A stretch of DNA of 35,578 nucleotides from Gemmatimonadota bacterium (GTDB taxonomy: Bacteria > 4572-55 > J002), in contig RFFQ01000187.1 of the NCBI GenBank assembly GCA_003697105.1, positions 1 through 35,578 on the forward strand, written 5' to 3'. Shown piece after piece: positions 28,480 through 35,578 of the stretch. Numbering within the stretch: the stretch's first letter is position 1; each line of letters starts with the position of its first letter. The notes below the pieces were generated by a model that made no database searches, was not told where the DNA came from, and saw nothing but the letters and a program-made list of their open reading frames with translations. The translations under genes were made by a program, and so were the position numbers.

Positions 28480-30228
28480 TTACCGGATCGCAAAGTTATA
28501 CGGTTTATTATAGTTTTGAAGCATTCGAGTTTGGACGCGTGCGGCGGTGGTGAGTGCTTCTTGAGGACTTTCGACATCGTTAATCACTTTATTAATGGTC
28601 GCCACTTGAACTTCTTTCCAATCGATTTCCCACGGTTTAAACCACATTCCCGCATATTCGGCTTGTTCCACAAAGGGTTCGAGTAATGGATTCTCTCGTC
28701 GAGCAATTTCTCCGGCATCCCGGCGGGTAGGAGAGCGTTTGGTCTCGCGAAAATAATGTAACATGTTGTCGCGTTCCGCGCAAAATTTAATAAAATCCCA
28801 CGCGACTTCAGGGTGTTTGCAATCTTTAGAAACCACTTCGCCCCAGAACGTCGCATGGGCATACTTATTATTTAAGTCGATTTGTGGAATAGGCGCTACG
28901 CCAAAATCAATACCGGCATTGATAAATCCCCCGGCATACCATCCACCCGACATCACCATCGCACATTTACCCTCAATGAATGCTTGACGTTCTGGTGGGG
29001 CATCCGCCGACCAGATATTATATTTTTTAACAAAATCGGTGTAAAATTCAAGAGCTTCTACAAATTTAGGCTGATCTACGAGGGATTTCTTCAAATCAGG
29101 AGATACGGGTGGTTGCCCCATTTGTACGGCAATCATCTCCAGCAAGTTATGATCTTGCGAAACATTACCGACCGATCCGATTGCCGCACCATATACTTCC
29201 CCGTTTGTAGCTTTCTTTATTTGCAAACAATAGTTCAGGAAGTCATCCCACGTGCGAGGGGGACGTTCTGGGTCCAGACCTGCCCGCCGAAAAATCGTTT
29301 TATTGTAATATAAAGCAATCGTATTTGCGCCCAAGGCAATTGCCCAAAGCTTTTCATCAGGCGTATCCATATCAGTGGCAAAGGCGCGACGTACGAAGTC
29401 ATAGAACGTCTCAGCATATTCTTGTGGAGTCATCACAGACGGGGGAATCGGTTCCAGTTGGTCAATATAGTAAGGCAACCATGAGGCATGAATCTCAAAC
29501 ATATCCGGACCCAAACCCAATTCTAACGCCGGTAATAACTTTGATTGAAAATTCTTTTTGCTGATTTGCTTATATACGATATCCACATTTGGGTGCATTG
29601 CCTCATATTTTTCAATTAACGGGGCAAACACCTCCTCTTTTTCCCAAATTCGCCAATATTCTAAGCGAATTTTCGAGGTATCAACCTCAGCGAGTTCCAG
29701 TGCCACTTCATCAACAGGTTCAACAATCAAATTGGTGTGAAGCACGTCCGCCAGACTGGAGCCATCTTCCGCGTCATTTTGAACCGCAATAAACCCTTTA
29801 TTATCAACAAATAACGTTGTGGGTAAACTTTGAATTTCATACTTGGTTAAGAGGTCTGGTTCTCCCATTAGAATGGGATAAGAAATATTGTAAATCCGGG
29901 AAAATCGTGCGGCATCACGCGGGTCAGAATCAAACAAGATCGCCAGCACTTTGAGTCGTGCTTCATTACCGTTATAATATTTTTGGAGCGTGGATAAATC
30001 TTGCCGGATATCACTCTGGTCCACATCCGAACCAAAATAGATCAAACTGACAGAATTTTGAATTGTACTCGTCAGATTAACCTTTTCCCCGTTGACATCC
30101 GTCAGGGTAAAATCAACCACTTTATCGCCCAATTTTGCCCGGGACGAACAGCTACTCATGGTTAATGAGATGATGAAGATAAAAGCGAGGTAGCGTACAA
30201 AGGGGGAAAATGTGAGTATGGATTTCAT
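28480..30228 (-). CDS. lipoprotein: TlpA/AhpC-like thioredoxin fold lacking CxxC fused to a family-1 sugar solute-binding protein
   Basis: Lipobox MSSC; DFTLTDVNGEKVNL...YPIL...SLPTTLFVDNKG; SBP motifs YEAMHPNVDI, GPDMF, LYYNKTIFRRAGL, PPRTWDDF, AWDFIKF; ATG 30228 preferred over 30258. Confidence 0.87.
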   Translation of the reverse strand: MKSILTFSPFVRYLAFIFIISLTMSSCSSRAKLGDKVVDFTLTDVNGEKVNLTSTIQNSVSLIYFGSDVDQSDIRQDLSTLQKYYNGNEARLKVLAILFDSDPRDAARFSRIYNISYPILMGEPDLLTKYEIQSLPTTLFVDNKGFIAVQNDAEDGSSLADVLHTNLIVEPVDEVALELAEVDTSKIRLEYWRIWEKEEVFAPLIEKYEAMHPNVDIVYKQISKKNFQSKLLPALELGLGPDMFEIHASWLPYYIDQLEPIPPSVMTPQEYAETFYDFVRRAFATDMDTPDEKLWAIALGANTIALYYNKTIFRRAGLDPERPPRTWDDFLNYCLQIKKATNGEVYGAAIGSVGNVSQDHNLLEMIAVQMGQPPVSPDLKKSLVDQPKFVEALEFYTDFVKKYNIWSADAPPERQAFIEGKCAMVMSGGWYAGGFINAGIDFGVAPIPQIDLNNKYAHATFWGEVVSKDCKHPEVAWDFIKFCAERDNMLHYFRETKRSPTRRDAGEIARRENPLLEPFVEQAEYAGMWFKPWEIDWKEVQVATINKVINDVESPQEALTTAARVQTRMLQNYNKPYNFAIR

Positions 30229-30287
30229 GTATAATGCCTTCTCCCAAGGAGGAATCAACTACGAGCTAAACCTTAGAACTGTGAATG

Positions 30288-30316
30288 ATTCTACACAATT
30301 TAGAAAATGATGTCAA
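30288..30316 (-). promoter_or_regulatory. sigma70 promoter TTGACA-17-TAGAAT for the four-gene operon
   Basis: Reverse complement of tgtcaa (30311-30316) and attcta (30288-30293). Confidence 0.8.
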
Positions 30317-30366
30317 GCAAAAAATCCATTGATACCGCGGCAGTTATGCCATATTGGTGCTTATGA

Positions 30367-30408
30367 AAATACCGGAATAGCCGTAGATTATCCACTGTTC
30401 CGGTATTT
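30367..30408 (-). terminator. hairpin downstream of xerC, probable terminator
   Basis: AAATACCGGAATAG/CTGTTCCGGTATTT, 14-bp arms with one mismatch, 14-nt loop, short T run on the minus strand. Confidence 0.5.
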
Positions 30409-30432
30409 GTATAATAAAAAATTATGTAAATA
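30404..30432. other. dif-like inverted repeat (11-7-11)
   Basis: TATTTGTATAA-TAAAAAA-TTATGTAAATA; inner ATAA...TTATG as in canonical dif; ends 3 bp from the xerC stop. Confidence 0.4.
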
Positions 30433-30435
30433 GTA

Positions 30436-31383
30436 CTACGCTCGGGGATGTGCCATATTATAGATTTCGCGCAAGCGTTTCGTGGCAACGTGGGTATAGA
30501 CTTCCGTACTGGCTAAACTTTCGTGACCCAACAGTTCTTGAATTGAGCGCAAATCGGCTCCCGCATCTAAAAGATGTGTGGCAAAACTATGGCGTAGGGT
30601 GTGGGGGCTAATATGGCTCACTTCTGCCAACTTTTCAATATGACGATTCAACATATATTGGACACTAGAAACGGTCAAGCGATTGCCATACCGGCTCAAG
30701 AATAGCGCATCATGATCAATTCGTATCCGGCGTCCATCTTTCCAATTTTGTTTCATCCCTTTCGCCCGTTCAATGTACTCTTCCCGGCGTGCTAAATATG
30801 CCCGCGTAGCCACAATAGCCCCCTCTCCCATAGGCACAATACGCTCTTTACGCCGTTTACCCAATATACGAACCAGATTTTGATCCAAATCTACATCACC
30901 TACATTCAACCCAACCAGTTCACTGACCCGTACTCCAGTACCATACATCATTTCCAGCATGGCACGATCCCGCAAACCCTGAACGGTATCTAAGTCTGGC
31001 ATTTCCACCAAGCGTGAAATTTGCGGCACATTTAAGAATTCTGGAAGTTTCTTTTCGATTTTAGGACTGGCGATCTGTGCTGCCACATTGATAGTAATCA
31101 CTTTCCGGTCACACAAAAAGTTAAAAAACGACCGTAACGTAGACAGCTTGCGGGCGATCGATTTCTTTGTGAAATCCTGTTCGTATAAGTCACTCATAAA
31201 TGCGCGCACATCTTGACGGCTAACCTGAGCATAATCGATGGGTTGGGTCGCATCCAGCCCCAGAATACGGCGTAACGAGGTCTCAAACTGTTCCAAATCT
31301 CGCCGGTACGCCACGATGGTGTGCTCCGAACAATTGCGTTCGTATTTCAAATAATCCAAAAAACGAGCGATCCACGTCTCCAT
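30436..31383 (-). CDS. xerC: tyrosine recombinase XerC
   Basis: AGGAG RBS before ATG 31383; FLDYLKYERNCSEHTIVAYRRDL, SIARKLSTLRSFF, GVRVSEL, GKRRKER, HTLRHSFATHLL, LGHESLASTEVYTH. Confidence 0.88.
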   Translation of the reverse strand: METWIARFLDYLKYERNCSEHTIVAYRRDLEQFETSLRRILGLDATQPIDYAQVSRQDVRAFMSDLYEQDFTKKSIARKLSTLRSFFNFLCDRKVITINVAAQIASPKIEKKLPEFLNVPQISRLVEMPDLDTVQGLRDRAMLEMMYGTGVRVSELVGLNVGDVDLDQNLVRILGKRRKERIVPMGEGAIVATRAYLARREEYIERAKGMKQNWKDGRRIRIDHDALFLSRYGNRLTVSSVQYMLNRHIEKLAEVSHISPHTLRHSFATHLLDAGADLRSIQELLGHESLASTEVYTHVATKRLREIYNMAHPRA

Positions 31384-31385
31384 AG

Positions 31386-32225
31386 CTAAAAGCTCCTTTC
31401 CTCTGGATAGATAAAGAGATGGTGCTGGGTCATTCGCGCTCGATTGTACGCTACCCGCGCCGCCCGAAATAGAAAGAAACCCAGTAAAATCAGCCAAACA
31501 CCGTTCAAAACATCTGGTTCAAACAGGAAAAAAAATCCTCCACCCATCAAGAAGCCTCCCACCAATTGCCCGGCAGCCGATGCGATTACAGTTGCCTTTT
31601 CAAAATTATGGAGCAACCGCCAGAGCATTGCCCGGAGTAAACGTCCACCATCCAAAGGAAATGCCGGTACTAAATTGATGGTTGCCAAAACAAAATTCAG
31701 GAGCATCACATACCCCAGCAACGCCACACATCCAGCGAGATACGAATTTCCACCGGTAATCGAACCGCTAATGATCTGATCAAAAGCCACCCAAAAATGA
31801 AAGGCAGGCACCCACAAAGGCAGAAGCAACCAACCGATTAGCAGGAGTAGCATCCCGATCCCAAAGCTACAAAGGGGACCGGCGATCGCAATAACAAATT
31901 CTGCGCCGGGCGTAGGCGGCTCTTGTTTAATTTGGGCAACACCGCCAAACATAAATAGAACAATACGGTGTACCCCAATCCCATACTTGATGGCAAAATA
32001 GCTGTGCGCCAATTCATGTAGCGTAATTGAGATAAAAAGCAGGGCGGCAGAAACAGCACCCAAGAAGAAAGCGATAGGAATATCAAACGGGGTATAAAAT
32101 GAAGTGGCCAGACTTACGGTGATCAGAACCATCACCACAAACCAGGAGACATGAAGTTCCAGATCGATGCCCATCGGACGTCCAATTTTCCACGAAGCAC
32201 CGATAACGAGTTCAGCAAAACGCAT
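31386..32225 (-). CDS. site-2 protease, peptidase M50 (SpoIVFB-like), no CBS tail
   Basis: HELAH, FGGVA, IAIAGP, NLVPAFPLDGGR; multiple TM helices. Confidence 0.92.
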   Translation of the reverse strand: MRFAELVIGASWKIGRPMGIDLELHVSWFVVMVLITVSLATSFYTPFDIPIAFFLGAVSAALLFISITLHELAHSYFAIKYGIGVHRIVLFMFGGVAQIKQEPPTPGAEFVIAIAGPLCSFGIGMLLLLIGWLLLPLWVPAFHFWVAFDQIISGSITGGNSYLAGCVALLGYVMLLNFVLATINLVPAFPLDGGRLLRAMLWRLLHNFEKATVIASAAGQLVGGFLMGGGFFFLFEPDVLNGVWLILLGFFLFRAARVAYNRARMTQHHLFIYPEERSF

Positions 32226-32231
32226 GTAGAT

Positions 32232-32975
32232 TTAATCTCCTGTGGCCAGGCGTTCTGCCAGAAGATAGGGCAAATTTGCCGCCAGAATTTTTTGTTGGGC
32301 GGTCTTGATGTCATATTCAATGCGTTTGATCTGAACCGTGTGCGCTGTCGCATCAAAAACACAATATGCGGAAAGCGGATTCCGATCCCGAGGTTGCCCT
32401 ACGCTCCCAACATTGATGATATACCGGCTATCGGGCATTAATTCAATCACGTCGGTACCATTTTGGGCGGGGATGACATCGATCTCACCGTCACAAAATC
32501 GAATGACCATCGGGGTATGAGAATGACCAATGAAACAAATCTGTTCAGTGAAATTACGAAATTCATATTTGGCTTCATAGCGGGAGAAGATGTAGTTCCA
32601 CGCCTCGGGTTGCGAGGGTGTCGCATGCACGACCATAAAATTATCATTCTCAAAATGATGAGAGAGTTCTCGTTTACGTAAGTAGTTCATATTTTTTTTA
32701 CTCAGCACATCCCGTGTCCAAAGAACGGCATGTTTGGCATAGGGATTAAAGTGGCGAATATCCGTCAATTCTAGGGCGGCATAATCATGATTACCTGCCA
32801 ATACTACCGTGGCATTCTGACGTACTAACTCGACACACTCATTGGGATTTGCACCATAACCGACTACATCGCCTAAACAGATATATTCATCAATAGATTC
32901 ATCTTCATACGCTTTCAACACGGAGGTTAGGGCTTCCAGATTCCCATGAATATCCGAATATATTCCGTACCGCAT
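32232..32975 (-). CDS. calcineurin-like metallophosphoesterase
   Basis: SDIHGN, LGDVVGYG, GNHD, VHA, GHSH, NVGSVGQPRD; AGGAG RBS. Confidence 0.92.
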   Translation of the reverse strand: MRYGIYSDIHGNLEALTSVLKAYEDESIDEYICLGDVVGYGANPNECVELVRQNATVVLAGNHDYAALELTDIRHFNPYAKHAVLWTRDVLSKKNMNYLRKRELSHHFENDNFMVVHATPSQPEAWNYIFSRYEAKYEFRNFTEQICFIGHSHTPMVIRFCDGEIDVIPAQNGTDVIELMPDSRYIINVGSVGQPRDRNPLSAYCVFDATAHTVQIKRIEYDIKTAQQKILAANLPYLLAERLATGD

Positions 32976-33042
32976 CAATTTCTCCTAAACTTATTCGATA
33001 GTTATAAAGGTCATGGTTAGTAAACTCAAAGCGGCGTGTAGA

Positions 33043-33549
33043 TCAGGCATTTAGCTCGCGTCGCACTCGATCTAGAATGCCATTGACAAACCGGCTGCTA
33101 TTTTCCGTGCTAAACTCTTTCGCCAATTCGATGGCTTCATTGATAGTGACTTTTACAGGAATATTCTTTCTCAAATAGATCATTTCGGCGAGGGCCATGC
33201 GCAAAATGACTTTATCAACCAAGGCAATACGGGGTAGGTCCCAATGTTCGGCAGAGCGTTCGATCCACTGATCAATTTCAGTTTGATGGTGAATTGCAAT
33301 GTCGAGCAATTGGGTAGCAAATGCTTTGGTGGGCAGGTCAAACACGGCATCTTCCTTGAATTCAGGATCATCTTCATACTCTTTCATTTGCCAAAACCAG
33401 GAACTAATTGCCTCCGGCGAACCACCCGTAACACTATATGAATACAGCATTTGCAGGGTACAACGACGTGCCAGATGTCGCTTTTGGAATCGCCCGCCTT
33501 TGGGTTTGGACGGATGCGATTTGGTATGTTCCGCTCGTTTAGTTTTCAT
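33043..33549 (-). CDS. nusB: transcription antitermination factor NusB
   Basis: RHLARRCTLQMLY, WDLPRIALVDKVILR, PVKVTINEAIELAKEFS, FVNGILD. Confidence 0.95.
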   Translation of the reverse strand: MKTKRAEHTKSHPSKPKGGRFQKRHLARRCTLQMLYSYSVTGGSPEAISSWFWQMKEYEDDPEFKEDAVFDLPTKAFATQLLDIAIHHQTEIDQWIERSAEHWDLPRIALVDKVILRMALAEMIYLRKNIPVKVTINEAIELAKEFSTENSSRFVNGILDRVRRELNA

Positions 33550-34609
33550 TTTCTGACTCTTTTTCGATATTTTCCAACAATCGTTTCACATCTTGTGCCC
33601 GATCTTTCGGACAAACTAAGGTAATATCATCTGTGCGGACAACGATTAAGTCCGAAATACCAATGGCGGCAATTTGCCCTTGATCCGCATAGAGTACCGA
33701 GCGTTTCACATCTAGCGTATGACAATCTCCGTGACGAACATTTCCGTGCGCATCCTTTTCGTACACACGCTCTAATGATGCCCACGATCCCACATCATCC
33801 CAATGAAAATCACCGGACACAACCGCCACATTTTGCGCTTTTTCCATGATACCATAATCAATGGAAATCGACTCGACCGCTTGAAAAAAGTGAAGTATTG
33901 CCGCGGGTTCATCCTTTGTATGGATTGCTGTTGAAAGTTCCCGCATTAAGGCATACATTTCCGGCAGATAGATTTCAAATGCCTGAGCAATCGTTGCCAC
34001 ACTCCAGACAAACATGCCACTATTCCATCGAAAATTACCGTGTCGCAAAAAGGAATGAGCGGTTTGTAGGTCTGGTTTTTCATGGAATTGGTCGGCTTTT
34101 GCCACAGTCACCCCATTTTGGATATCGATAGTCTCACCAACTTGGATATAGCCATACCCGGTTTCCGGACGGGTCGGCGGAATGCCAAACGTTACCAACA
34201 TGTTATCACGGGATGCGGTCGCCGCAGCGATTTGTAAAGCACTTAAAAAGGGTTTTGGTTGGGCAATATAATGGTCGGCGGGCAGAACTGCCATCACGGC
34301 GTCGGGATTCACAGCAAGTAGATAGGCAGTTGCAAACGCAATTGCCGGTGCGCTATTACGCCCCAAAGGTTCTGCTAAGACGGTGGTTTGGGGGTTTACT
34401 AGCGGGGTCACTTCCGGTACCAAATCTTGACTGGTTACAACAATGACTCGCTCCGGCGGAATACACGGTGATACCCGAGAGATGGTTTCTTCTAGCATAG
34501 TCTGCTCACTAAGGATCGGTAGCAGTTGTTTCGGGCGTTCCGGTAAACTTTTGGGCCAAAATCGAGTGCCTTTACCACCGGCAAGAATTATTGCGTATAA
34601 ATTCATCAT
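33539..34609 (-). CDS. manC: mannose-1-phosphate guanylyltransferase
   Basis: ILAGGKGTRFWPKS, PKQ, EPLGRNSAPA, PADH, PETGYGYI, FHEKP, WNSGMF, SIDYGIMEK, WDDVGSW. Confidence 0.93.
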   Translation of the reverse strand: MMNLYAIILAGGKGTRFWPKSLPERPKQLLPILSEQTMLEETISRVSPCIPPERVIVVTSQDLVPEVTPLVNPQTTVLAEPLGRNSAPAIAFATAYLLAVNPDAVMAVLPADHYIAQPKPFLSALQIAAATASRDNMLVTFGIPPTRPETGYGYIQVGETIDIQNGVTVAKADQFHEKPDLQTAHSFLRHGNFRWNSGMFVWSVATIAQAFEIYLPEMYALMRELSTAIHTKDEPAAILHFFQAVESISIDYGIMEKAQNVAVVSGDFHWDDVGSWASLERVYEKDAHGNVRHGDCHTLDVKRSVLYADQGQIAAIGISDLIVVRTDDITLVCPKDRAQDVKRLLENIEKESENEN

Positions 34610-34659
34610 TATTCAAAGACAGTTTCGGTACTAAAGGATGTAAACATAGAACATATAAG

Positions 34660-34688
34660 AGTGTAATAGTTTCGCGAATGCTTGTCAA
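34660..34688 (-). promoter_or_regulatory. sigma70 promoter TTGACA-17-TACACT for the manC-nusB-...-xerC unit
   Basis: Reverse complement of tgtcaa (34683-34688) and agtgta (34660-34665). Confidence 0.7.
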
Positions 34689-34755
34689 CGATAAACAACA
34701 CTAAAAATAAATTAAAGTAAATTTTATAACCACAAATTTGGTATATTTCGTATTT

Positions 34756-35475
34756 CTAATCCCACCGTTGAATCTGTTTCCACGCAACGGTTAAATCTTT
34801 CGGCAGATTGGCTTCATATAAAACCATCTGTCCGGTGCGCGGGTGAACAAACTGGAGCCGTAACGCATGAAGCGCCACTCGCGCCAGTAACGGGCGTTCT
34901 GCCGCTTTGCCACGATAATTGGGCTTAATTTCTGAGAGATAAAAGGCATCTCCTCCTCCGTAGAGGGCATCGGCGGTAATGGGATGCCCTAGTGCGGCTA
35001 AATGCACTCGTACCTGATGATGCCTACCCGTTTGGGGGTAAACTTGTACCACGGCAAAATGGCGTGTGCGGGCAATAACTTCGTAATAGCTGAGCGATGA
35101 TTTTCCACGAGAATGGATTATCATTTTACCGGGTCGTTTGGGGTCTTCAGCAATCGGTAAATCAATATTCCCGGAGGACTCTACCGGAATACCCCGAACC
35201 AGTGCCCAATATGTTTTGCGGACGGTGCGTTGTTGAAATTGTAAAGAAAGGGATCGGTGCGCCTCGGGTGTTTTCGCAAACACCATCACCCCGCTCGTCC
35301 CTACATCTAGCCGGTGTACAACTGAAGCCGTGGGTACTATCTTTTTCAATTCCTCATCCAGATTGGGTTTATTGGCATCCCACCGATCTGGGACGGTACG
35401 CAATCCGGCAGGTTTACATACGACGAGGACACTATCATCTTCGTCAATAATGGGAATTTGTAATCTTTTTGGCAT
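34756..35475 (-). CDS. RluA-family pseudouridine synthase (no S4 domain)
   Basis: KPAGL, VHRLDVGTSG, KTYWALV, TGRHHQVRVH, LHA. Confidence 0.93.
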   Translation of the reverse strand: MPKRLQIPIIDEDDSVLVVCKPAGLRTVPDRWDANKPNLDEELKKIVPTASVVHRLDVGTSGVMVFAKTPEAHRSLSLQFQQRTVRKTYWALVRGIPVESSGNIDLPIAEDPKRPGKMIIHSRGKSSLSYYEVIARTRHFAVVQVYPQTGRHHQVRVHLAALGHPITADALYGGGDAFYLSEIKPNYRGKAAERPLLARVALHALRLQFVHPRTGQMVLYEANLPKDLTVAWKQIQRWD

Positions 35476-35578
35476 TTAAACTGTCTTATCACCTGACCTG
35501 TGAGAATTTTCTTTTTAGGTCGGTATTTTTGTGTTAAATAATGGGATAACCCTTTTCATACTAACCAAATTAGCAAGA

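Noticed and set aside
25700-30300. Signalling operon as a low-GC foreign island
   Set aside because: It looks AT-richer than the left half by eye, but so do neighbouring housekeeping genes; there are no flanking direct repeats and GC was not computed
30436-31497. Tyrosine recombinase as a phage or ICE integrase; 353-aa extended start
   Set aside because: XerC-type sequence within a housekeeping run and no mobile genes nearby; the extension overlaps the M50 gene while ATG 31383 has an AGGAG RBS

Overview
Bacterial chromosomal segment with mostly minus-strand genes. A FlgD-Ig C-terminal domain protein and a FadL/PorV-like outer-membrane barrel suggest a diderm, possibly FCB-related lineage (inference). 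Housekeeping genes: gcvPA, tatA, truB, tex, tRNA-Arg(ACG), glmS, glmM, a Nudix CoA pyrophosphatase, mfd, xerC, an M50 protease, a metallophosphoesterase, nusB, manC and an RluA-family synthase. These are interleaved with envelope proteins, two LRV/HEAT-like repeat proteins and many signalling genes. The best candidate for an undescribed system is a four-gene operon (25649-30316, minus) bounded by its own sigma70 promoter and an intrinsic terminator. It encodes a Cys-less thioredoxin-fold/sugar-binding lipoprotein fusion with no ABC transporter, a membrane HAMP-DUF4388 receptor, a STAS-RsbW-type kinase fusion and a stand-alone STAS protein. Other leads are a dif-like site 3 bp downstream of xerC, a structured leader plus terminator in front of glmS, an orphan c-heme sensor kinase, a convergent Ser/Thr kinase-STAS pair and an exported LRV-repeat protein. 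No CRISPR array, rRNA, prophage or transposase was seen. All domain calls are by-eye motif recognition, not database searches.
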